Both the position numbers and the translations under genes were made by a program. DNA of 64,000 bases from the human T2T-CHM13v2.0 reference genome, Homo sapiens: NCBI RefSeq assembly GCF_009914755.1, contig NC_060937.1, one strand, 5' to 3'. The notes below the pieces were generated by a model that ran no database searches, had not been told where the DNA came from, and worked only from the letters and a program-made list of their open reading frames with translations. Of the stretch, positions 31,790-44,676 are shown piece after piece (position 1 is the stretch's first letter; each line of letters begins with the position of its first letter).

Positions 31790-32010
31790 TACAATAATAG
31801 CTAACATTTAATGAACACTTACTATGTGACAGACACAGTCCTAAATGCTCTTATAATTCATTTCGGTCTCCCAACAATTCTATGAAGCAGGCACCATTAT
31901 GCTTCATATTTTATAGACACAGCAACAGAAGCTCAGAGAAGTTAAACAACTTGCCCAATTCAGAGCCCGGATTTCTTCAGAGACCCTCTCTTTAACAATT
32001 ATGCTATCCT
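31790..32010. mobile_element. MIR fragment
   Basis: ataatagctaacatt...cacttactatgtg...gctcagagaagttaaacaacttgccc. Confidence 0.7.
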
Positions 32011-32536
32011 GCTCAAAGCAGAAATTCAATAAAAATTTATTGGATGAGTTAGAAGAAGAGTGGCAGAAATATCTGATTTCACCCATTACTCATTCTTCCC
32101 GTCATCTTAGTAGCAACAACCACTATCATCTAAGATTCTAGCTGAGCCTGTGCCTACCTGGCTGGGCTCTTCTCTCTGTCTCAGTTGCCACATCTGTAAA
32201 ATAAAAATAATAACAATACCTCTTTCAAATATTTCTTAAGTATATGAATTCCTGGTTGAAAAGATTACTAACCAAAAACTGTCCCAAACTGTAATATATA
32301 ACAAGAAATACATATTTTAAATTCCTAAATTGTAATTCATTTTGTTGACTGTGAAAATAAAATAAATTAGGATACATGCTTGACATATAAGTATTACGTT
32401 CAAGTCAGTTGATTGAATTCAGCTGAATGCTATTCTATAAATCTCTCTCAACAGAGAATTGAGAAACTCCAAAGAAAGCACCCCATTCAGACTCTGTCAC
32501 AAAATAGAAAGACATCATATTTTAACAATAAAATGA

Positions 32537-32711
32537 GGCCAAGTGTGGTGGTTCATGCCTTAATCCTAGCACTCTGGGAGGCAAAGGTGGGAGGATTGCT
32601 TGAGCCCAGGATTTTGAGACTAGCCTAGGCAAAGTGGTGAGACTCCATCTCTGTAAGAAATTTATTTTATTAACAAAGAATTTTTAAAAATAAAAAATAA
32701 TTTTTAAAAGG
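32537..32711 (+). mobile_element. Free left Alu monomer (FLAM-like)
   Basis: Single monomer with decayed tail; TSD acaataaaatga at 32525-32536 and 32712-32723. Confidence 0.85.
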
Positions 32712-35699
32712 ACAATAAAATGAACTACTGGCTAGAAATATAAAATCTGTATTTTATTGGTGAGATATTATAGTTTGGGACAGTTTTTGCTAAGTAATCT
32801 ACTTGACTTGATTTTTAAATATTTTCAAATTTTCCTCCCACAAACCAATTGCCACCAAAAGAAATATTCACAGGAGAGTATCAGTTCCCACCATTGTCTT
32901 CCCGAAGTGTTTGTGTTAAACAAATCGACAGGCCAACCCCTTCCTCTGAAGCCAGCTTGACAAAGCTACTTCCCATGGGACTCAGCCTCTGAGAGCCCTA
33001 AGTGTGGTACAAATCTTTGCACCCATCACAGAAACAAGAAATTAGGAAAAAGATGCTGAAAAGTTGGAATGGGTAATCTTAGAGCCTGCCCCATTAATGA
33101 GGCCTTAGGTTGCAGTAGCGGGGGAGGAGGATAAGACAGTGTCTGCCCCTACAGGGCCACTTACTTTACAAATAGAGTCACTGCCAGAGTGCATCTGTGG
33201 GAAGGGAATTCCTAGCACAGTCAGGAGACTTGTTCAAGAGGTCCCCAAGGACAATAAATTGGAGAGATCTCAGAGGCTGTTCCCGATGCTTTGATCCCTA
33301 ATGAGTAATGAAAGCTTAAGAAAGTGTTTGTGTCTGCTGTACAAACTAGGCAAGGTAGAAATGCTATCTTCTTGCTGTCCCAGGATTGAGCCAGCTAAGC
33401 TTAGCCCTCAGGCTGCAGCCGATGTGAACTGTCCCATGATGTTAGTCCTCACTTAATAGCTGGAGAAGTAAAGAAAAGTGGCTGTTCATAGGAATTCAGT
33501 TTATTCATTAACTCTACATTGTGAGCTAGAAGCGGGACTTCTCCCTGAGGCGTGGAGCCTCCTCAGAGCGGATCTGCTGACAAACAATCATCAGTGGATC
33601 TCACCTGTTCTATTTTCTTTCCTTCTTACAAGGCCTGCTGTACTAGAGATATTAGTTTAGTACTCCAAAATGACACAGAGATCTGTGCAGTTACAATTAC
33701 TCAAGTAATGGTGACAGACTCAATGTTCTTTGTTGGAATTACCAGGGTTTTTGAGAATGAGGAACACTAGTCAAGTGGTGAAGATATTATCCTTTGGAAT
33801 TGCACATAACTGCAAGACAACATGGCCCCAGAATCCATTGGTAATGCATCAGCCTGTCTGTGCCAACTAGGAGTAGAAATACTCAGCTCCCTGCCAGGGT
33901 TGTAGGCATGGCCAAGAAAATCCTGGAGCAGCTGCTGTAAGAATCAAGGCATTTTGTCAGCAGCCTTCTCTGCAAACCCCTCCCTTCCTTTCTTCTGAAA
34001 ATGTAGTGAGGGTACAGCCAGCACTGGTCACTGTGGCTCTGAGAAATTGCAAATCCAAGTACTTTGCTGAATAAAATGGGAGCTTGGCTGTGTTCCTTAA
34101 AGGTGGGGGTGGAGGTGAAGGCGATGGTCAGATAAATCCCCAGGACCTTTTAAACCAGTCCTCTCTACTCTGCTCTGTATGATGTACCACAGAATTTCTG
34201 CCTTCAACAAGTCCTCAGCTCCTTCCCTTCCAGTGGCTTATCTTTGCTTTCTTTGGTGATTTGGAGCCAAGGCTTTCCGAAAGGTCAAGACTAGAGGAGG
34301 GGATGTGGCCTGGGCCTGCTCCGATAAAAATGGGCAAAGAGGAGTGTGTGTGGAGGGAACGGAGCAGCCACAGGACAGCACCACTCTCTGTGGGTTTATT
34401 GCTTTATGCTGCCACCTGGCTGAGCCCTGAGCTTCAGGCTCCTGCTGGCAGAGAAAGAAAAGGCAGAGAAGACAGGGAACATTTACACTGAGAGGTCTCA
34501 ACATCAGGCTTCCTGATGGGAATCCCGCCTGAGGCCACAGACCATCACATCCAGCCTCCTGACTCAAGTGTCACTGTCACTCACTTCTAAGGGGGAAACA
34601 GGAACTGTTTCGAAAGGTGGACTTAAAGGCGAGGGGTTCATTCATCAACGGATAACTACTTTAGGTGAGACTGGTTCTGTCAGTCTCTAATCCACCATGT
34701 TTTCTTCTTTTTTAAATCTGCAAATTTGTTGCATGGAGATTCTTAGTAAGATATTTCATACTCATCTTCCAGGTCCCTGAGTAGAACTCCTTCATCCCTG
34801 CAGAAATTATCTTTGCTTCCAGTACTTTCAAGGTGGAAGAGAAAAGGAAATGGCTGGGGGTGAATAACTTAGGCTGAAACTTCTATGTCCAGAGAAGGCC
34901 TCACCAATGTTTCTGCATCCTGTCACCCAGGAAAGAAAACATACAGCTAAAATTTACTGAGGCCACACTCGGTCTTGGGCAGCATCTCAGCATTCTACGA
35001 ATGCATACGGAGTAAACAGTGGTCCCTGGAGCAAGATGTAGAAGGAGGCAGTATGTCTATCTCAGGCTCAGCTCATGGACTCAGGGGAAACCTCCCTGGA
35101 AGGAGATAATGTGGTTTTTGTCAGGGTGGTGCCAGCCGACAGACTGGCCTGTGGATACTTGTAAGGCATCTCATGAAGGACACCCAGGAAACCATATGGG
35201 AGTGGGAGGAATTTTGCAAGTAAGGCCAGAGGTCCAGCAAGCTCCATATAGAAACTCTAGGTTGTTATTAACTGCTTCTACCTAAACCCAATGAATGAGA
35301 AACCTGGTACTTACATTCAGGTTACACATATATTATCTCTAATCTTTTCAAGATAGGTGAAGTATCATTCCAATTTTACTGTAAGAAAACTAAAGAGCTG
35401 AGCACTTATGAAATCTTACGATGCTCATCAAGATGCAACTATGATCATTGAATAAGTGCAAGAGACGAGATTCCTCTATTGCCATCAGCACTAACATTAA
35501 ACATTTATTAAATATATACATTGTGCCAAGTGCTATGATAAAGGTTGGTGACACCTCTGTAAATAGCCTTAATCCCTTCCCTTAAGGGCTTGCAATCCAG
35601 TTGGAAGGCAACAAGAGGGTATCCCAGCAACTATGCCATAATTACATTGATTCCTTCATTTGGCTTGATGCTTATTATCTGATTGGATCAGGGGTTGGG

Positions 35700-36160
35700 G
35701 ACCATATTAGTTATGCTTAGATGCAGATGTAATAGAAAACTTAAATAATAATAAAAAAGATGTTTACCTTTTGCTCACATAAAATAGGTAGGCAGCTCCT
35801 TGATCTCTCAGGGACGCTGCTTCTTCTCATCTTTCTCCTCCATTATTCCCAGTACAAAGCTTCTATCTTTAAGTCATCTCCTGGACCAAGATGGTTGCTA
35901 AAAAAATTCACCATCCATGCAACAAGAGGAAAGGAAGAGGAAAAGAACGGAAACAGTGCCTGACAGCTGCTGAGGCTTTCCCCAAAGTATCTCCTCGCCA
36001 CTAAGCTTTCTGCTTCCAACTCATTAGCCATCATTTGTTACAAGGAGGGCTCAGATATTTGGTACACGCTATTGCCCTAAATAAAACTGGGGTTCTGTTA
36101 CTAATGAAGAAGGGGAGAACAGATACTGGGTAGACTACTAGCAACCTCTTCCACTGGTGA
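35700..36160 (-). mobile_element. Old MLT1 (MaLR) remnant
   Basis: attagttatgc...gtaatagaaaac, ccaagatggttgct, ggggttctgttactaatgaagaaggggagaa. Confidence 0.45.
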
Positions 36161-36659
36161 TAAAGAAAATTAAATAGGAAAACAGAAAATGACCTATTCT
36201 CTAAAAATTAGAGATCCAGGAATCCAAAGAGTCTCTCCAAATTATTTGAGCCACCATGTGAGCAATGACCTGTGGTTAGCAATGATGAACCACATAAATT
36301 CCTCCCCCCTAAAAATCATAAAAGAGATCCAGGATTGGGAGGTTTCGACAATCTTTCTTTCAGCCACCTCTAGAATACTGCTCATCTTTTTGGAAATTTT
36401 TTTGCACATTTCTGTTGTAGCCTTCGAGGTGAACAGCAAAACCGCATTTTAAAAAATTGAACGATTTAAGTTACCAGCTGCCTATAAACACAGCCACAGT
36501 TCCCTTAGGTGATATGGTCTCCTAGGACCATATTATGTCAGTTAAAAAATGTCAGTCCTTCCCAGGCAGGGAAGGACTTTACTCTTTGAAACTCTACTCT
36601 TTTAATGCCTCTAGGTGAGGATCCAGTTTTATGGTCCCAGCTTAAAAATGGCTCCTCTT

Positions 36660-36900
36660 TCTACTTATGTGAGGTATCTAGAGTAGACAAATTTATAGAG
36701 AAAGGAAATAGAATTGTGGCTACCAGGGGCTGGGAGGAGAGGAGGAAATGAGGAGTTGTTGTTTAATGAATGCAAAGTTTTGGTTTGCACGATTAAGTTC
36801 TGGAGATCTATTGCACAACAATGTAAATGTAATTAGCACTATTGAGCTATATACTTAAAAATAAAGATGGTAAATTTTATGTGTTTCTTTCAATTTAAAA
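36660..36900 (+). mobile_element. L1MA/MB 3' end fragment
   Basis: gaggtatctagagtagacaaatttatagaga...gttctggagatctattgcacaacaatgt...acttaaaa. Confidence 0.8.
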
Positions 36901-37009
36901 CTTCTGTCAAATTATTTTTTTAAACTAGAAGAAAATATTTTTAAATGATTCATCTTTTCCAGTACCTTCCCGCGCTCCTTGCAACTGACTTAGAAGTCTA
37001 GAGGCAGAA

Positions 37010-37441
<432 letters not shown>

Positions 37442-37797
37442 TTAATCCCTTAGAGATGGGTCCTTTAATAATAATCCTACCTAACAATGCTGCCTTCTAC
37501 GGGAGTAGCCTGTGAATAACCATCTTCCTGGGGCCATGTTGGTTTCTGTTCTACTTCCAGTGCTGAGCTTTTGGCCCCAATCAAATGTCGTCATCACGTG
37601 GACCCTTGGACACACTTTTAGAAGAAAGGACCCCAACTTGTGTTCAGAAAACCTGGTCTATTCCACTTAGGCCCTTACCAGCTGTATGATCTTGGATAAG
37701 TCACTCTTTCTCCCCGAGCCTCAGTTTCTTCATCTCTAGATGGGGCAATAAGCTGAAATGCCCAGTCAGTGTAAGTTGTGTCATAGTAACCTGAGTG

Positions 37798-37990
37798 TAG
37801 AGTTGCCAGATAAAACAGAAGATATTTGAATTTCAGATAAACAACAAATAATTGTTTAGTATAAGTGTATTCTATACATTTACCCAATATTTGGGACCTA
37901 ATAATACTAAAAAGAATTTTTCCATTGTGTATCTGAAATCAAGATTGAACTGTGTATCCTGTATTTTATTTGCTAAATTTGCCAGCTCTG
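37798..37990. mobile_element. MER53 palindromic hAT MITE
   Basis: tagagttgccagataaaa...tttgaatttcagataaacaac...tactaaaaa...tatctgaaat...tcctgtattttatttgctaaat; self-complementary halves. Confidence 0.8.
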
Positions 37991-38141
37991 CCTGGGTAGA
38001 TTGCCTTGGTATAGCTCCTTATTTTCTATTTTCTCCTATCTTGTTCACTTCTCTTTTTCCTCTGGCTATCTTGTCTTTCAGAGAGTCCTCCCTTCACCTG
38101 CCTTCTTAAATAAGGGAGTTTCCTAGGGAATGCATCTATGA

Positions 38142-38518
<377 letters not shown>

Positions 38519-38823
38519 TAAACCTACCATTTTTGCATATCTCGATTCTAGATGCCTGTCTCCATCTCTAATCTCTCTGCTCAGCTCTAGACTCACATTT
38601 ACATGTACTGATGGGACATCCACAGAATGCTCCAAAGGTTAAGGATTAAAATGCAACACATCCAAAATACGACTTAATGTTGCACCCCCAACAAGCAAAA
38701 GTGTGTCTCACTCTTGACTTCCCTATCTCTGCCTTTGATATCTCTACCCATCCATTCCCCTAAACAAACAACCAGGTTATCACATGTGTGTTTGATCCCT
38801 CTCTGTTTCATGCCCTGCTCTTT

Positions 38824-38824
<1 letters not shown>

Positions 38825-38862
<38 letters not shown>
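38825..38862. repeat. (AC)19 microsatellite
   Basis: Directly visible. Confidence 0.97.
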
Positions 38863-38864
<2 letters not shown>

Positions 38865-39128
38865 CTAATTGATCCTACTCATTCATCTTTAAGCTCTCTC
38901 AAATATTTCCTTTTTCTGGTCCTGCTGCCTTGCATCTGTTCAGATAGTCGTCATCCATCACTTGAACTCATATAATCTTCTCATTGTATGTTTCTCTACT
39001 TTTGTTTCTTCAATAATATTCATATGCAAGCTGACTCTGCTGGACCCTGCTCTGGCTTCACTGTGTCCCCACCCATAGAACTTCCTGCTGCCTCCAGTTA
39101 CATTTCTTAAGTTCAAATCTGACTCCTG

Positions 39129-39491
<363 letters not shown>

Positions 39492-40227
39492 TCAGAACAG
39501 GCTCAAATCCAAACCAGTTAGCATGGCCCTTCATGACTTGGCCTGGCCTCCCCTTCTGATCCACACCCATGTCTGGCCACCACTCCTCACCCCTCCCTTT
39601 GCCACTCCCATGCCTGGCTCTCAGCTCCTCATAGCATTTCCCTGCCCCTCTGCTCAATTGAACAACTTGCTCTCTCCCGAGGGAGTTGTCTGAGTCCCTC
39701 CTGGTCTGGTCAGGGGAGCAGTCTCTTCCTTTACAATGAGAATTCCCACTCCATTGCCTTCAGCCAGAAAGAGCAAAAATGGTCACTGATCATCCCAGAG
39801 CATATACCACATCTGGTCCCTTTCCAACCAACCCCTCTTACACACCATGAAAAGATCTGGATGACAAGCCCTAGCCTTGAGCTATCAGTGGGTTCATCCA
39901 GCTCCTGCAGCGTTCATCCAACTCCTGCAGAGCAGGACACTGGAACTGCCTTCAATGGGACCATCTTGTTTCTGAAGGAGCTTGAGGACCACCAGTGGAG
40001 GGCTGGGGATACACAGATTAGCTTACCCATCTGCCATTCACTCAACAAACACATTAAACTCCTCTGATAACCCAGGCCTAGGAAGTGGGCTGGGGGAGAT
40101 TCAGACAGCCCTGCCCTCCAGGGCTTCCTGGGTGGGTGGCCCCATGCCATGCTCCTGAGTTTTAGGTGTCTCCAGCAGGCACACCAGAAGGTCCTCCCAG
40201 TCGACCTCCTTGCTCAACTGTCTTTTA

Positions 40228-40500
40228 TCCACTCATTCATTCTCCAAATATATACGAGCCACCTGCTATGTGCCAGGAGCTTTTCTAAGTTGGGATGCAG
40301 CAATGGATAAGATGGACAAAAACCTTGGTCTTCATAGAGCATAAATTTCGGGAGTAGGAGATAATAAAACAAATGATCAAAAAACACAGGAAGTTAGAAG
40401 GTGCTTATGTAGCAATGAACCAAACACGGAGTGTGGCGGAAGTGAGGTGCTATTTTAAATAAGGTCGTTGGCCTCCCTGAGAAGGAAAGTGACATTTGAA
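40228..40500 (-). mobile_element. L2 3' fragment
   Basis: cactcattcatt...gagccacctgctatgtgccagg...ccctgagaaggaaagtgacatttga. Confidence 0.65.
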
Positions 40501-43249
40501 GAAAAACATGAAAGAAGGGAACAAGGCACCACCACTGCCACCCTCCCCACCCTCCAATTTGAGCAGTTTTTGCGGCAAGTATCTTAGAGCTGCAATTCCG
40601 GGAGAAAAATCGTGTGTTCTTTCTACCCACAGGAAAGGAGACAGAATGAAAGAAGGAAAGCCCGGGACAACAGAAATTCTTTCAATGTTGAACTGTCCCT
40701 GATGGACACTTGAAAACCGGCTCCGGCAGCAGAGCCGACCCGCCAGGCCCAGGGGCTCCCGGGCCCCTCCTGGGGCTGTCAGGCTAATCCGGCAGCCGCC
40801 TCCCACCCCGCCCCGCTCTGGGGGACTTTTGCTCGGGTGACTAAAGTTCAAACTCGGCTAAAGCAAGCCCTGGGAGGCGCTTTAAACAGGAAAGTGGCGC
40901 GGCCGCCCGAGAGAGCCCGGGTAGCGGCCCCCGGAAACCAGGCGGCGGGCAGAGGCCGCGGGGTGGGGAGGCCGGGTTGGCTGGGTGGGGAGGCCGGGTT
41001 GGCGGGGCGGCCCGGACCTCCCGGCTGCCCGCGCTAGCACCTGCCCAAGGCTCGGGTCTCTCAGAGGCACGGAGCTTTCTCTGCGGAAATGGCCAGGCTC
41101 CTGGGCGCGCTGGCGGCCCTGGACCGCCAAGCAGGGAGCCCCCTCTCCGGCCGCGGCCCGCCGGGCTGAGAGACCACAGATTAAGTGCGCCTTGGTTCTC
41201 TCAGGGATGCTATTTTGCTCCGGCCCGGGTCTCTCCCGCGCCGAGTTGCACAACAAACCATTTAAACATTTCAGCACAAAACCCGATCCATTGTGGGGCC
41301 GCACATTAAAAAGTGTTATTCGCTTTGAAGTTTTTGTCTAATGGCTCTAAACTGAAAGAAAATGTTTTCCTATTACTTAATTCAATCATAGCGAAGAGAC
41401 TTGGTAAAAAGCCCACGGATTTTGCCCCAAAGTGTGACAGAGTTCTCTTTGTGTTTGCTTATCCTTCGCTGTCACACACTTTAATTCGCCTCTCTTTATC
41501 TGGCATTCAAAACTTTCTTCAATGACATTCAATAAGGTCCAGAGGCTGGAGAGAGGAAAAAAAAAAAAACCTGGTTATTCCCCCCACCCCCACCCCCACC
41601 CCCATATTCTTTCCCAGTAGCTTTGGCCTTGCTCGCATTCAGGGGCTCTTAACCCCTTCCTCCCCGGGCACGCGGGGCGGCTGCCAGTGGAGCTCCACGC
41701 TGGCCACTCGCGGGCTCCCAGCTCCGGGTGCAGTGCCCGCCCCTTGCACCCCTGGGCCCCGCCCGCCCTTGCGCCCCTCCAGCCTGCCTCTGCCCAGCGG
41801 AAAGCCCCTCTCCCCGCCCGGGTCTCGCTCTTCGCTTCCTCTCAGCGACCCAGCCCAGCTCAAATTTCCCAGAGAGCAATTAGAACGGGAATTAGGCTGC
41901 ATTGATGCGTTCCGGCTGGTTTGCAGGCACCACCCTAGAGTGGGGGAGCCTTGGCGCTGAGACTCTGTCTCAGAGGGCAGCCTTGCCCCCCACCCCATGC
42001 CAAGCAACCAAGAAAACATTGAACCCTTACTCCTGCTAGATGCCATGCCCTCCATGCAGGTTACTTCTCCCATTGTCCTATTCCCTTTTACAGAAGCAGT
42101 TATTATCTCGCAAAACAAATTATCTTTGCTTTTTAATCAGTTATAATCTGTTGCTGTTGTTATTGCAAAGATGTTGCCAAGGATAAAAGCCCATGCAGAT
42201 GCTTCGGGTTTGGGCAATCTTATTCCTGCGCACTGCTTCCCCAGACCCCTAAGCTTCCCCCTCCATTTCTCACAATTCCATTCAGGGCTCAGAGCAGGTG
42301 ACTGCAGCGATTTGGTTCCAATAAAATCGAAAGTAAACGTCTCCTGTGAAAAGTCCCGGGCTGTAAATTAGAAATGTTTATGCTGATTTCCCATTGTATG
42401 GAAAAAGCTCCTGGGCGAAACAGCTTTGAGCCCGAGAACGATTTAAAAAGCTGGAGCTGTGTACACAGCTCTGAGCGTTTGAAGTTGTTTAACCATTGTG
42501 TGACCAGAAAGAAGAGTGACGCGGCAGGAAGAAGAAGCCGGGTCTTGGGGAGAGCGGAGGCGGGTCAGGGTGGGCAAAGGCAGCCGATGCCAGGAATACA
42601 ACCGCCCTTCGCGCCGTTCCAAACTAAGGGATGGCAGCGGTTTCCCAGCGCACTGCTGGAAGTGTGCTCCAGTAGACAGGGTGTGGGCAAGATGCGCGGG
42701 CAGACAGTCCGCACTCGCCACATGTGCTGGGGTGCGAGATCTAGATCTGCGCCATCTCGGCTTTCATTCCCCATTCCCTGTCTCTGTTCGTAACGCTCAG
42801 AGACTGTTTTTCCTCTTTTACATCCACGGCCCTGTCATTTGAAGGAAAGGGCTGGTTGGCCAGCATCTACCGAACAAAGACTGGGCGTCGTAGGCAGCAC
42901 CAAAATTAAGACTATTTGAGAAACTTAGAGAAAACCGAGGGACAGCGATGGGTCTAGGGCTGGATAAGGAATAATGAGCCCTTCTCCTCCCTCCCCACAG
43001 ACGCCTCCTTCACGCGGGAACCCGGTCCTCCTTCTTCCGACGCAGAGAGAGAAGCGATTCCACAGGTGGAAAATCTGAGACCGGCTGGAGGGAGGTTCGG
43101 GGGTGCACGGCACTGAGCTGACAGGGCTGACTGGAGACAGCATACTTTTGGGGTGTAAGGGCGATAATAGAAAGAAGGGGACCAGGACCAAGTGGACAGA
43201 GGATATGAGGGTGTGCGCCCATGGGGATCTGTAGAAGAGAGGCCGCGGG

Positions 43250-43600
43250 GGTGCAAAATCAGTAAGGTGAACGGGCTGATGGCCAATGCAAAGCCAAAGG
43301 GGAGTAAGAAATAAAGAGAAAGGAAAGAATATTAAATCGCGGGAGAATGAGAAAATAAACCCGCAAAAGGGAGAGGAGGGGGCGAGGGCGCCTGTTACGG
43401 CGTGGGTGGGGTTGACAAGAATAGAGTACATTATGCAGTTCATTTAGTTAACAAGTGAAATAATGAGGAAGCGTGCAGAGTGAATGCCAAGAGAAAAGGC
43501 ACAAAAACCCTATTGAGAGGCCCCGGCCGCTCCTGGCGTAGTCCATCACATGGCAATAGTCCTATTTAAGCCGCGCCGCCGGCGCCTTTCAGCACCACTA
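43250..43600 (+). promoter_or_regulatory. GSX1: GSX1 proximal/core promoter
   Basis: TATTTAA at 43563-43569 at the edge of the GC-rich leader (TSS inferred ~43590-43597); CCAAT at 43283-43287; AT-rich homeodomain/Sox-like words at 43425-43520. Confidence 0.75.
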
Positions 43601-43801
43601 GCGCTGGCCAGCACCCCGCGCTCTTTGGGCGGTGCCCACGGCAGCAGAGGCTACTGTTTCAGCCTAGGTCTCAGCCGCGCGTTCAGCCTCCTGGGCAGAG
43701 GCAGCTGCGGGATACCGCGGCCAGGGAAAGCGCGTGGAGAGCCGAAAGGTGCGGTGGGCGCAGAGGGCGGGCTGGCTGCGGGGCGACCGCGCGCCGGGGC
43801 C

Positions 43802-44213
43802 ATGCCGCGCTCCTTCCTGGTGGACTCGCTAGTGCTGCGCGAGGCGGGCGAGAAGAAGGCGCCCGAGGGCAGCCCGCCGCCGCTCTTCCCCTACGCTGTG
43901 CCCCCGCCGCACGCGCTGCACGGTCTCTCGCCTGGCGCCTGCCACGCGCGCAAGGCTGGGCTGCTGTGCGTGTGCCCGCTCTGCGTCACCGCCTCGCAGC
44001 TGCATGGGCCCCCCGGGCCGCCCGCGCTGCCTCTGCTCAAGGCTTCCTTCCCACCCTTCGGCTCGCAGTACTGCCACGCGCCCCTGGGCCGCCAGCACTC
44101 TGCTGTGTCGCCCGGGGTCGCTCACGGCCCGGCCGCCGCTGCTGCTGCCGCCGCGCTCTACCAGACCTCCTACCCGCTGCCTGACCCCAGGCAGTTCCAC
44201 TGCATCTCTGTGG
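43802..44213 (+). CDS. GSX1: GS homeobox 1, coding exon 1 (N-terminal SNAG/eh1-like motif [11 protein letters not shown], Pro/His/Cys-rich region, 8-Ala tract)
   Basis: ATG at 43802 in context ggggccATGc; translation [19 protein letters not shown]...PRQFHCISV is recognisable as GSX1; ends at donor G|GTAAGC (44213/44214), 412 nt, phase 1. Confidence 0.97.
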
Positions 44214-44676
44214 GTAAGCGGGGCCGCCGCGCAGAGGGACCGGGCAGAGGTGATCCGAAGCAGGATGGAGAGCCAGAGATGGAGGAAGAGGGACCCTGGG
44301 CTTTCTGGGGGCGGTGAGGGTCATGTCGGGGACTAAGGGGGGCGCTTGGGGTGGAGTGAGGATAGAGGGCCGGGACACAACGCCAGGAGGCGGATGAGGG
44401 CAGACGTCCAGGTCCTGGAGTGTGGGCCGGGGTAAGTGAGGGCTGGGATCCAAGGCTCTCCATGAAGGGGAAGGGGTTCCAGGGCTGCATGACTCCGGGA
44501 GAATCAGGATCTCGGAGCTGGACAAGGAGCGCTCACTGTAGCTCTGCTGTGGATTGTGTTGGGGCGAAGAGATGGGTAAGAGGTCAAAGTCGTAGGATTC
44601 TGGCGACCGCCTACCAAGGGATTGGGTCCACAGCACAGAGGTCTGATCGCTTCCTTCTCTGCTCTGCCACCTCCAG
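44214..44676 (+). other. GSX1: GSX1 single intron (463 nt, GT-AG)
   Basis: GTAAGC donor; ttccttctctgctctgccacctccAG acceptor; splicing restores a continuous frame. Confidence 0.95.

Noticed and set aside
40450-43443. ORFs of 110-172 aa upstream of GSX1
   Set aside because: CpG-island composition artefacts; no domain, splice structure or convincing start
43550-44317. 255-aa ORF from the ATG at 43550 as the GSX1 protein
   Set aside because: That ATG lies upstream of the TATA-like box, so it is probably not in the mRNA, and the ORF tail is intron read-through. The spliced 264-aa product from 43802 fits the known protein.
44622-44676. N-terminal part of the 145-aa ORF ([18 protein letters not shown])
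   Set aside because: Intronic polypyrimidine tract; the ORF caller used a TTG start
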